Positions 35,814-48,500 of a stretch of 64,000 nt of DNA are shown piece after piece. The DNA lies in the NCBI GenBank assembly GCA_000708835.1, contig DF237200.1:1-64000 (forward strand). Reading direction: 5' to 3'. The position numbers and the translations under genes are program-made. The DNA comes from Klebsormidium nitens (Eukaryota > Plantae > Klebsormidiophyceae). The stretch's first letter is position 1; each line of letters opens with the position of its first letter. A model generated the notes under the pieces. It saw nothing but the letters and a program-made list of their open reading frames with translations. It did no database searches and was not told the DNA's origin.

Positions 35814-36454
35814 GTTTTCAACTCCTACTAGACCAAGCAACGATATCTGCTGCTCTGTGCAGCATGCTCAACTTAACTTGTCATCGCCTATTCTGGCTTG
35901 TGTGTCCAAGCAGTCAGTGCTCAGCTTCAAGCGATTTAATGAAGCACGGCCAAAGCCCTCTACGCTGGCCCTTACGCGCGCGTGCGCCAGGATCCGCCCT
36001 GCGTTCTTGCAGGGACTCTGCGCGCACCTCCCCTGCGCCACGATGAAGCGCTCTCTCATTGGGAGTCTCTTTTCTGCGCAGACTTAAAGTCTCTGAAATG
36101 TGATAACATCAGTCTTCGCGCGGAAGCTCCGCAGATTGTGAAATCAACTTCAAGTCCGTTAGGCTGCCCAAGGCTGAGAAGTCTTACTTAAGCATGTAGG
36201 GCTCAAAAGCATTCCGCAAACGGCGCAACGTAAAGCAGGTTACTCACGTTTACCCAGCTCGTGCATGCACCCTGGGATTCAAATCGCAAAAATGGTAAGA
36301 CAACTGCCTCACGCTCTCGCTCGAGTTGCTGACATAAGAGATTCATTCACAGGGCTGCTTTGCCTGAAGGCCACCTTGACGCTTGAGCAGCAGATCTCAT
36401 TAGGCTTAGCACATCTTAAAGCCAATATTCGCGCGCACTCCCTATCAGATCGAG

Positions 36455-37048
36455 ATGGCGGGCCAATGCAACGCCGTGGAAGGAGAGACGCGGCAAGACT
36501 GCCGCTGCCTTCACTTTGTGGCGACGGATGAGGACGAAAAGCTCTGCCTCTGCAACCACACCGTCAACTACCACGCACTCCCGCCAGCAAGACAGGTCTT
36601 TTCTGCTCCTCAAAGAGAAGAGCAAAGAACCAGGTTTCCAGTCGAGGGTGGAGGCAGAAGAAGATCAGAGCCAGCACGTGCCCCAGCCAATGACGAAGCG
36701 CAGGCGGAACTAGAGGTGGGAGAATCGGCACAGGCCTCTCCTGACCCCGTCCTGTTGAGCAACTACAGCGCGTTCCTAGAGGAGCTGCAGGGGCCTGAGA
36801 AGACCGCAGACTTTGAGCTGGCACCGCACCCCCAGTATGGATACATGAGCGTCAAGTGCAAGCCCTGCGACCGGGTGCTGGGACTGAGCCGGTCTAAGTC
36901 GAAGAACCGCTTTCTCAGCAACATCCGCAGCCATCTGGTGAGCTCGGGGCACCTGAGGAGGATGGAGGGCCGGCCAGTGTTAGGCAGCGAGGCAGGCAGC
37001 GATGCAGGTGCGTGTCAGGATGTTACTCTGCCAGTCTCAGATGCATGA
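36455..37048 (+). CDS. Cys/His-rich plus C2H2 (BED/U1-like) zinc-finger gene, copy 2, intact
   Basis: 197-aa ORF with CNAVEGETRQDCRCLHF...CLCNHTVNYH and VKCKPCDRVLGL...SNIRSHLVSSGH. A possible donor near 37009 (CAG/GTGCGT) could join a further exon at about 37156-37370. Confidence 0.7.
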   Translation: MAGQCNAVEGETRQDCRCLHFVATDEDEKLCLCNHTVNYHALPPARQVFSAPQREEQRTRFPVEGGGRRRSEPARAPANDEAQAELEVGESAQASPDPVLLSNYSAFLEELQGPEKTADFELAPHPQYGYMSVKCKPCDRVLGLSRSKSKNRFLSNIRSHLVSSGHLRRMEGRPVLGSEAGSDAGACQDVTLPVSDA

Positions 37049-39309
37049 CAAGCGCACGGAGCCATATTTCGGCTTTCAAATGTGTTATATCCTTAATGTG
37101 CTGATGTGCTTTGCCAGTGCTTGCCAAGTGTACTGATGCTGGCGCTGTATTTCAGCTACTTCTGTCCTTCCATTGTCTTCTCTGACGATCTGGGGTCAAA
37201 TCTCGGAGCGGAGAGAAACTGCACCTTTGAACTCCTTGAACCCATTCTCCGTTCGGTTTCAAGGCCCGCTCATTCTACTTCAAACACGGTCCGGTCTACG
37301 TTCTTCACAAAGTAATCTGAGACGATTGCTGTTATTGTCTCTGGCAAACACTCTGATAGCTTCTCGATGACAGCGAGAGACATATATTTGTACCTTCTGA
37401 GAACTTTTTGTATGTTTCCTCAGTCGATGATACTGTTTGATCCCCATCCCGTTCAGGTGGAAGCCTTAATGCGGAAAGCTAGACTTCTAGACCTTGCAGG
37501 GGCGCCTGAGGTCATTGAACGGACTGTGCGTGAGATCAACAAACGGGCGATTGTCATGAGGAACTCAGTAGCATGTGCAGTGCCATTGAAGGTGGACCTT
37601 TTGTCCAGTTCCAGGCCTTTCGAAGTTTGATTGAAATGCAAGTCAACCAATCTGCTCGATTTGTGATGCCTTTCTAGCTATTCTGTAGCTAGATTGGATA
37701 AGATGCGTTTATGATCATTTCAAAGAGATTCGTACGCTCCAAACCTTCCTTCCAAATGAGGCCGTCAAATGAGTGTTGAAAACAACACGGTCTCGCATCT
37801 TGTCAAGAGCCAGAGTGCCATCATGGCGGGATGTATTCAACATACGAAGTTGCCATATATGAATGTCTGATGACGCTTGCCAGCCTGCATGGCCGGGTAG
37901 GCCGACTTTGAAAACTCTGAGCTGCCACGTAACAGAGGATATCAGTTGAGTTGATCCGCGGTTAGTACAACATGTGGTTGCAAGCGCCTCTAAAGCAAAG
38001 CTTAGGCTGGAGCTGGCCGTCGTGGATTGCACACAGCCATAGTTGCATGCTGGAATATCTGGATCACCGTCTTTGGAACTGCAGGGGATAACGCGTTCCG
38101 CATGTGCCCAGGATATCGATCGACTATGATTAGTGAATATGCGTATACGAAGTCTACGTAGTGTTCACAAACATCCAACTATAATCCTAAATCGAGGGGC
38201 CCGGATGACAACAATCGTAAAGTTGATCATGACAGTATGCAATGAACAGCGCATGCTAGGGGCTGCCCGGCCCCGCGTTCCGCAGTTGCCTAGCTTGGTA
38301 CTGCTTCATTGCCAACTTCAGAACATGCGCGGCATCAAGTCCAAATGAACTCCTAGCTCGCACCGGCCAGCAATTAATACTTTGCCGTAGATACGAATCT
38401 AGATGCAACAAATTTCATATGACTGTCTCGAGGCCCACATGCGGGCACTCTGGGTGATGGTTGACTCGGATGTTTAGTGAAGGATGACGTGGACATGAAT
38501 CAACCGCAGGTTCTGAGACCCGCCGGCTGAACGCCCACAAGGCTTTTGAATGTTGCAACCGCGCTCGTCTAAAGTAAAGCTGCCGGCCGACTGCGAGCTC
38601 ATCCGAAAAATGATCGAAGGAATCTAGTCAGCAGAATCTCGTGAAGCATTTGCATGGAAACGGGTCTAAGCAAACCGACATCCATATGTTCCTCCTTTAC
38701 AGGACCTATTCTCACGCGCTAACTTCTACCTACTCAAAAGTCGCTCAAGCGGTCTGTGAAACCTAAGCAGTCTCCGCTTAGATCCTCTCCGCAAAACCAA
38801 AGTACACCTACGGGAGCAGTAGCATGCATATACACACACGGGCTACGGGGGGTACGAAGCACGGCTCCTGCGGCGGGATTGCCTTGACGCGCTACCACCG
38901 ACTCTCCTCGCGTCTACGAATCTCCACCTTCCCAACTCTCGAGGCCTACCTAACGAAACCTGATTATCAACACAGCAAGTGGCCAGTAGGAGGAAGCCAC
39001 GTGGCTTGTCTACGCTGGGGGGAATCGAGTCCTACATCCGAGAGCCCAGTAAGCAACGCGCGATGTTGATGCAAGCACCAAACCTTCAAACACACCCGCC
39101 CACCTCTTAGGCCTTCGACGCCCCTCGTCAAACTCTACTGATCGCTTCTGGAGCGTTATGCACTTCGTCCGCCAGCATCAACGCACGAGAGCGGGATCGA
39201 AAACTTGTAAGGAAGAAGTCACTCGCGCCCGTTCGACAGCGACGCTTCGTTCATCCCTTCGAAAGCGACCACTCAAGTCAACCCGTTTTCCCCCGCGGAC
39301 CGAACTTCC

Positions 39310-39501
39310 CTAACCGAAACCCGCAGCCACGCTCCCCCCCCAGATTGAGAATGCAGCATCTTCCTATGGAGACCCAGGGCGTTACACTCTGCCCCCCGAA
39401 ACTTGCAGCCACGCGCCCCTCATGGTTTGGGAATGTAGCGTCTTTCCAAGGGAGCCTAGAGCTTTCCCCCCCCTGAAACCCGCAGCCACGCCCGGCCCCC
39501 C
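39310..39501. repeat. Three degenerate copies of about 80 bp (GAAACCCGCAGCCACGC core, C-runs) just past the stop of the 1600-aa gene
   Basis: The core recurs at about 39316, 39398 and 39475. Confidence 0.7.
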
Positions 39502-42500
39502 CTAACCAAGGCTGTACCGATTGTTCCCCCGCAGGGTCCCCGCCGACTTGGGCCGCTGCGTCTGCTGCTTCGGCGAAGCCGCCACCGACATCCGGTTCGG
39601 CCCCCCCGGACTAGACGCGCCGCTCCCCGTGCGCACGGGCGGGTCCAACGGCCCCGAGAACTGCTTCAGGATCTGGTTGCGCCGCTCCTGCGAGTGCTCC
39701 AATTGGAATCCAAGCCCCGACCCGCCCACGAGCTGTGGGCCCGAGGGGCTACGTGGCGACTCCCGGTTGGACAGCAGGATCTCCGGGCGGACGCGGGCCT
39801 GGGAGGAGGACACGGTGGAGCGCTCGCTGGACAGCTCGGTGATGCGGCCCTTGGGCGCGGGCAGCGCGAGCTCGCCGCCGGAGCGGTCCGCGAAGTTGTC
39901 GCCCGAGGCGGAGGTGTGGGAGTTGCCGGACTGCAGAGAAAAGAAAGTGAGGTTGGTTGAAGTGCGCAACAGCTTCTCTGGTTATCTGCCGACCAGCGAT
40001 CTGGTCTCTGCGAGCTCCTGCACATGATTCACGTCGAATGCTGCGGTGAACGAGGGTTCAGAATCCTGTCGCGACAATTCTAGCAGCATGTGGACGACGA
40101 ACACACTGATTAAGCTGTTTCTGGGTCGCCCACGTAGCGAAATGCACGTGCAGGTGACACATTAAACAGGCGGGTAGGATGCTCGGAAGACCTCCAGCGC
40201 AGTCGAAAACGTGGGCTTTGAATTGAACTCCGCCTGTGCAGGTCCGAGTTTCAAGTATACAAAGGGCGACAAAAAAGTTTCTCCGCGTTCTGGCCGGCCA
40301 ACATAACAATTCGTAGGTGCCAAGCATAGAACCGGAGCCGTTCGTTAACCCGGTTCAACGCATCAAACGGCTCACATTCTTCAGCCAGACTTTCCTAAGG
40401 CAGCCAGCTCTAGAAGATGCCCATCCGACCAAAAACGGGCAAGCTTTTCAGCGTCCAAAAGATTTGCCCTGAATGCTCGGTGCGCTCTGGGCCAGCCTCT
40501 CACCTCCGAATCCGAGCCGTCGTCGTGTATCCTCCGTCGAATCTCCGACTCACGGAAGACGAGGCCGCGGGACTGGGACAGCTGCTGCGTCAGGTAGTCG
40601 GAGCCGCCCGTCTCGAGGCTGCGAAAAGAGGGCGGTGTGAATGAGCACCAGGAGACTGCAACGGGGCTCGTTGTTCCGCAACGTGAATGGACCCCAGAAG
40701 CATGCTCTAAATCGAGTGCCCAATGAGTGTTTTGATTTGAGGACCAGAAGGAAGTGGGAAGGAGCACCGGCAGCGTCGCGTAGCATCACTGAAGAAGGTT
40801 TGACAGAGTACAGTTTGGATGCGAGGTCTGGACAAATGCTGGGTGACCAGAAACGCAGAAAAGGAGCTGGGATGCACACCTGAACCAAAAGTGAAAGGGA
40901 AAAGCGGCTTAGATTGGCACGTCAGAAACGGAGCAAGTTGCACAATCATGCGGACGTTTACTCCAGCCGATCCACAACACCAATCGTCGTCGAAACACGC
41001 CATCAGTAGGCGCACTCCAAGCCCGTCTCCCAAACGGCTCAAACCATGCTTGGCAAAGCTCAGGCTTGACTGTCAATCTGGAGCATCCTCTATTTTCCCG
41101 TTAACACTATTCTGAGGCTCAAAACCTTTCTTTATACTGCAGTCCATATCAAACCAAAACTCCAAGAACCTCACCTACCGAAGTTGCGGCTGAGATGCTA
41201 TGGCCCCCAAAACCATCCATCAAAAATCACAACTTGCAGGCTTGATTGATTCAGGACCGAAGCCAGGTTTAAAATTCGAATCAACCCATCACCGAGATCC
41301 TCAGCCAAAGCACAATTCGAACCCCTCACTTGGCGAAGTTGAGGCTGAAGTGCCGGCCCAACTGCGGCTGCAGCAGCTCCCATTGCTCGCTTGTCACTTC
41401 ACCAGACTCTACTCTCTTGTTCTCAAAACCGCCAACAAAGCACAAAACTTGCACACCATTACTAAAAGAAAAATTTCTCACTTGGCGAAGTTGAGGCTGA
41501 AATGCCGTCCCAGTTGGGGCTGCGGCTGAGGCGCGTTTGCGGCGGCCGCATACGCGCGCCCCTTGAGCAGGCCCGGGATGGCGGGCGCGGCCGCCTGGCT
41601 GATGTTCTCAACGCTCGCGCGCATCGTCTGGCTGCGCATGCGCTCCGCCTGGAGAACCTCCTGCGCCTCCGAGAGGGCCTGCTGCTGCTGGGCCAGCGCG
41701 CGCTCCAGGGCGCTCATGTTGCCGTGGACCATCTTCTCGATCTGGAGAAGAAAATAAGAATAGATTGTAAATCTGACTTAACTCGTGATGTTTTAGCTGT
41801 GGAATATTTTCTCGACCTGGGAGGTTGAGATAAGAAGGGTATTTTTATGGGGGAGAAAACATTCGAACGGGAGGATTGTTGCGGCTGGGCCCGCGCGCTC
41901 GAGGGCGCTCATGTTGCCGTGAACCATCTTCTCGATCTGGAGTGAAGCAGGAACAAATCAATAAATCCGACTTGACTCGTACTCTTATAGCTGTAGACTT
42001 TTTTCTCGCCCTGGGAGGTTAAGAGAAGAAGGTTCATTTCTAATGGGGGGAGAGAATATTCAAACGGGAAGATTGTTGCGGCTGGGCCACCGCGCGCTCA
42101 AGGGTGCTCATGTTGCCATGGACCATCTTCTCGATCTGGGGGAAAAAAGAAAGCGAGGAATGTCCATAAAGGTAGTGATTCGGCTATGGACCACCTGCTT
42201 AATGGGGGGGTAATTAAACAAAGACTTGTTTTGGCCTGCTGCTGCTGGGCCAGCGCGGGCTTGAGTGCGCTCATGTTGCCGTGCACCATCTGCTCAATCT
42301 GCAAGGAAGAGACATCGATAAGTCAAGACGTCATTTGTGTATCGAGAGAGCATTGCTTGACCTGGGTGAGACAGCGGACTCCGTGAGGTCGCTTGATCTG
42401 GTTCTGGACGCTACGCCGAAAGGAGAGGGGAAGAAAGAGCTGCGCGAGCACCCAATCAAGCGGACTTATCTTCCTGTAGACCCGTAGAGGTAAAAGAGAT

Positions 42501-45500
42501 TAGACTTCTGAAGAACGGGGAAAAGAGCAGTTCGCAGAAGGTCAAAGTGAGCTTCTTCAACCTAGCAAAGACCACAAATGAACCGACTTCTATCAGTCAG
42601 TCGTTCCTTGTTGAACTGTGAGCGACGCACTCAGGGGAAACCACCAAAACAAACAAAGGCTGGCAGTCAATGATTCAGCATCTAGTGGACAATCAACGAT
42701 TCCCAAAAAGCGAGACCCACCTCGTCGTTTTTCTTCTTCTCTTCCATAATCTGCTGCACCGTCGCCGCAAGTTCCTCCTCGTACAGATTTCTGCACAGCG
42801 CCAACTTTTTACTTCAGCAGGTTTCGACTTGAAGACTGGAACACCCGGAGCGCCGTGGGCGCATCATGGTTAGAAGCACATGACTAGTACCGCATATAAA
42901 AGTATCTGCAAGATTGACAGACCGCAGACTACAAGGGTCCAAGCCCGAAGACCGAACCCATAAATACAGACCTAACTTTTGCTGGGCACAAATTCAACCT
43001 TCGGCGCATTTTGGTCTTGAGCAATTTTGCAGCGCCTACGTGCGCTCCTCTTTTTCGCCTGCTGACGCCCAAAGCCAGAGTCCCGAAGATTTGACCACAG
43101 TCAAGAAGTTCCGAACCGGACGCCTGACTGCCAAACCCACCTGGTCTCGAGCAGTTTCTGCAGCGCCTGCGTGCGCTCCTCGCTCCCAATGATGATCCCC
43201 GCGCGCTGCCGCGCCGCCTGCTGCTTCACCTCCTGGATCTGCTGCTGCAGCCGCGAGTTGCCCTCCTCGAGCAAGCCCAGGTTCAGCTCCTCGAACTCGT
43301 CGGGGGACGGCGCCGGGCCGCGGGGCTGCAAAAGATGGTTCAAAGAGGAAGTTCAGCAAACGCTGACAATTATGCTTTGCACTCGTTAAGGCAATCAAGT
43401 TTGATTATCAATCAAGTCCGGTAGGGGACGGCGCTGGGCCGGTGGCTGCAGAAGATGGTTTGAAAGAGGGTTCAGGAAACTTGATATTTACCACCACCGG
43501 ATGCATCTTTCAGCAGGCTCCTCTAACTCGTCGGAAAGGGCGCTGCGCCACAAGTGGCGAGAGAACAGGAGAAACAGGCTAAGCACAGCTACAAAGCTCT
43601 CGCAAAGAATCATGTAAGGTCGGGTTGCGCCCTCGATCAGGTCCACAAGCAGGCCCACCGACCAGGTTCAAGAAGACCACCCGACAACAAGCGAACGTGA
43701 GTGCCGGACTCAGGCAATACATGCAGAGCAGCAAGATCCTGTCGACTTAGAAGAGATACAGTATACAAGCCATCCACTGCGGCTTTTCCTATGCCGTTGA
43801 CAAAAGTCTTTTCTCGGACGACGTTCTCTGCAATGCTGGTTACCCCTCAAGCACCACTCGAAGCAATTATTTTGAAGCTTTCGACGTCCATTCCATCCTC
43901 GTTTCAACAGTATCGACTGTCTGTCACGGAGAAGGGCTGAGGCACGGCTGCTGACTCACCGACATGGCTGCTTCTAAAGCAATCTCTCCGATAGCATTTG
44001 CAAGCTTGAGCTCGAGCATCGACCTGCAACATAAGGAAAAAGCAACGGATGAAACCGCATTTACGATCAACAGCATGCGAAAGAAAGACTGAGAGACTGC
44101 GCAAACAGGAACAGTCCTTCGCAGAAAAGGTAAGCTTCCAATCCTGCTTGACCCAATGTCCGTATAACATTCTTTTCGCCACAAAAGCCTTCTCCCGGGC
44201 TCCAGACTTGACGTCGGTTGTGCAGACCGAATTCAAACCGCTACAAAACGGGCACTCCACACAGCTCCTCCTTCATTCGCTGGAGCTGCGCCTCTGGTGT
44301 GGCCGCTTTGGTGCTCTTCTGCTTCTCTCATTTGGCGCGCTTCTACTCATCCCAATATTTAGATATCCGAGATCCTGAAACCCTGGTCTTAAACCCCTCA
44401 CCTCTCCTCCTTAAGCCGCTGGAGTTGTTCCTCTGGCGTCGCTACCTTGGTATGCCTCTACGTTCTGAAGTCCGCCATCTCTTGCTCCTTCCAAATCCAA
44501 AACCCTTTTGTTTAAAAAGCTTTTAGACTGGAAATCCTCGTCTTCTAAAACCCTCACCTCTCCTCCTTGAGCCGCTCGAGTTGTGCCTCTGGCGTCGCCG
44601 CCTTGGTGTCCCTCTGCTTCTCCAGGTCCGTCAGCTCCTGCTTCATGCGGTTGATGTCCCCCTCTAGTTGCGCCTGCTCGGGGTTCACTGCCGGCTTGAA
44701 CGCCCCGGCCGCCTTCTGAGCCATCAGGCGCGCGAGGTCCTCCTCGAGTTGTGCCCTGGAAGAAGGGAGGAGGGAAACTTTGAGATCCTAAAAGGCCCTC
44801 TCAGTACAGAAGGGTTTGCAAAAGGTTAAGAGAGAGCGATGAGGACGCGGTCGCCCTGGCCCCTTCTTCAAGATGAGCAGCACAAGGCGAATTCAAGCAA
44901 CGCCCTGCAAAATCCCAGATCGTGACGTTGGCACTCAAAAGCTATGTTCGATGGCTTAGCAGCGGCAGAGACTTGCTGGGCCCAAAAGCGACACCGCAAG
45001 GGCGATCTGAACCTCCAGGAAACTAGAGTGCCAACTTTGTGCTCACCGGTCCCAAGCCGATGCTCCAACGACAACAGCTTTCAAGACCCTTTTTGCGAAG
45101 GGTCGAACCCTCTCCCTCCATAAAAGTCAACTCTTAAGCAATCGCCTTTCAACCACTTCCGCATTCCTCTACCTAACCAACTTTCTGCACCCTCACCGCG
45201 TCTCCTGCAGCTCCCAGATCTTCTCAGCCGCGCCCTCGGCCTCCCGCGCCGACTCCAGCGTGCCGACGAGCTCCTCTTTGGTCCTCTTCATCTTCGCCAC
45301 TTCGTCTTCCAGCTGCCGGATCTCGGCGTCCTCTTTCCCGCGGTTCCCGTCGGGGAATCCCCCTCGCTGCCCGGCCGTGAACGTCGACCGCATCGAGCGC
45401 TGCAGCGAGACCTTGCGCTGCAGCTGGGTAATGTCCGCCTCTAGTTGCGCGCGCTTGGCGTGCAGCATCCGCTTCTGCCGGTCGGCATCGGCGCTGTTCC

Positions 45501-48500
45501 CAGCCTGCGTGAGGGGGAGGAAATGCAGGGGCGGCTCAGAATTGGCAGCAAGAAACACAACGTACCCCGAAATGCATTTCTAAACGAGATTGTTGCGCAG
45601 TGGGCGATTGCTTTGACTGGCATCAACGCTCTGCTCAGTGTGCGTGGTCAAAGGTTGCGGGGTGACCTTGAATGGATGCAGGCGTTGCTCAAATTAGTCG
45701 GGTACGATTCGGGTCATTAGAAACACATTCGTGGTATTCTCAGTCCCAACGCTGATGTTCCTGGCTTACTGGATGGAGGTTGCACATCAAGGTACGACAG
45801 AACTGTACGAATCGTTTACAAGCTCGAAGGAAGAACAGGTGGCAGCATAGAAATCACTTCTCTTAGGTAACCTCAGCTTCAGCCTAGACTTCAATACAAC
45901 CGAGGAGTCTGATAGGGCTCATTGGAACACCGGATTGAAGTCAGAGAATTCGTTTCGGACGCTTCGACCAAGAGCCTCAACCTGGTCCGAAGCGAAGGAG
46001 AAATCTGCATCAAAAGCTTCAATCACAGACGCAAACACTGGTCCTTACACTGGGGATTACCACCGACCTTAACGACCAGACTTCTTCACGCAACATCGAT
46101 CTGTTGCCTCGAGACAAGCCCCTGGCAACATTAGAAAGTGGCAGTTTTGATCAAAACAAAAGCCAAGCGCGTTCAGACTCACCTTTTGGTTCAAGCTCGC
46201 TTGCAAGCTCTCCTTCTCTTTTTCCAGCTTGCTTACCATCTCCCTGCATGCATTGGAGTGCACCGTTCAGAATCATTCAAAAATTTAGGCTGAGCTTCTT
46301 CCCCCCAAACATTGCTGGCGTGTTCTGTGCTGTTCCCTTGAGGACGACAAAGCGGGCAACGTTGTGATGTTCAGCCTGTTTGAAACCAAAGATCCACATT
46401 GGAGCAACGAAAACAGTGGTGCGGGCTTTGGTTATGCTGACAATGAAAGACGACCCAAACCCGTTTGCTGCAAACATCTGGTCGGAAAGGACAGCAGAAC
46501 CCTCCAAAACACCATCCGAATCCAGGTCCAACGTCCGTAGCACATTCCAGATGACACCTGAAGCACTTCCCGTGACATCTGGCCCGAAAGAAATGCTTCT
46601 CAAAATCCGTCTCGAGTCTGTTTCCTGATATTCGCAGCCTCCTCGGCCCACTAATCACAATCTCGGAGCCCTTCGCAAACCCCTCAAGCGGCATACCGAT
46701 CCAGACCACACAGGTTCTCCAACCAGACCCAAAACACTACAGCCTCAACATCCGAACTCACCGCTCAGCGTCGTCATCATTCCCCCAGAAGATCACCTCC
46801 TGTCCCGCTTTCACTTCCTTCCCGCGCCCCTTCACCTCCCCGTTCTCAGCCATCTTCGCAGTCTCCGACCCGAGCGCACTCTCAAACTCGTCTCCGGCCA
46901 GCACTCGCTCGAGCACGGTGTCAAGCACCGGGTCCAGCCTCTCCAGGGAACTCCGTCCGAAATCGTTTGGCACTGTGCGGGACCCGTCCGAGTTACTCCG
47001 GCTGCCGTCCGGTCGGCGAGCGTGGCCGTCCGAGGGCCGTCCGATGGCGTCCGAATGCCGTCCTTGTGCTTCGGAGTGACGTCCCGTGCCGTCCGGTTGC
47101 CGTCCGGGTGCGTTTGTAGCACGGTTGATTGCGCTCGAATCCAGGCTCCGGGAAGACTGCTCGCGGCTCTTCTTCTCCCAGGCTTTCTGCGACGCCGCAA
47201 GCGCGTCGTCCCCCCTCCCCCCTCGGGGGGTCGCCTTCCCTTTAGGAGTGGGGCTGTTGCCCCGCCCCCCACTCCACTCCTCCTCGTCAAAGTCCGGGAT
47301 CGATAGGTACGGCGTCTTGACGTCCGCCTGGTTTGGCCTCGCCTTTTCCGCAGGAAGCTTCTCCTTTTCCTGAACCGGTCTCGGTTCGGGACTCCTGGCG
47401 TCGTCTCGAGGGCTGCGAGACGACTTCTTGGGCTCGGGGCTCATGCCCTTGCGCGCCTCCCGCAAGTGGACCTCGGCCATCTTGATGAGGCCGTCGAGGT
47501 CCATCCCTGCGGCGCCGAATGCGCCAAAGAGCTCTGCAGAAAATGACTCAAATGATTGAGGCTTCTGTCAGACGTGTTACTACCAGGGGCGATTGTAGTT
47601 CCGAACCAGAAAATTCTGGTTTGGTGTCACCGTTTTCAATTTGTGCTGCCAGTGCTGTCCACTGCGTGATCGAACTTAGTTGGCAACGGGCGTTATACCT
47701 GGATAATCCAATTACAGGAGGCGAAGCACAGGTGTGGAGGGACTTTCTCGAAGCAACACGAAGTGGCCAATTTGTAGGTGCTGACCAGGCGCATTGACTG
47801 TGGAGAATGCCTCCAGATGCATATTGCATCTCAAGGATGCATGATTTGAAAGAGAAAGAGTCTCTTGTCCTGCCTTCTGCCAGCAACATGTGCTTGCAGG
47901 TGAAAGGCGTGCGCAAACAAAGGGTTCCTTTACAAGCTGTGTTCATTCAAGAGCAATCAATTCGTTTCCTCGGAAGCTTGGCACCGGAACCGACGTTTGG
48001 CGAATCTACACAGGCAGTCTGGCATCGGACTCTGCTGATTCAGGAAGCACAAGTGGCACAGTTGTGTCTTCCGAGTTGCCTTCCGTACTGATTCCGAGAG
48101 TTTGCAGCACGTTACAGTCTGATGGGGTTCTAGAGTCTTCAGATCTCTTGCATTATCTTGCAGAATGAACGCCAGGGCTTCAAGCTTAGTTGAAACCTCT
48201 CGGCGCTTTTCTGACGTGGTTGGCAAAACCATGGGACTTACAGAGGGGAAGATTAGTTGCAGAACCTGATCAAATCAAGAAACTCTGCACATTGCTCTTA
48301 TCTACTATAGTGTCTGGCAGTATGCCTTACTTTTTTGGCAGCGGCCCAAAAAACAGTTGAAGGGGCACACAACCATGTAAGCAAAAGCAACAAAACAAAC
48401 CAGAAGCAAAGGAAAAAAATCTTGAGTCAAAACAAGAAGCAGCAGTTGCAATTTACCGACACTCACCGTCAGTATCCGACGTCTGCAGAATCTCTGCAGC

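Noticed and set aside
41480-44620. CRISPR-like or satellite interpretation of the repeats
   Set aside because: The units are degenerate copies of flanking exon sequence, not constant repeats with unique spacers. The context is eukaryotic and no cas genes are present.
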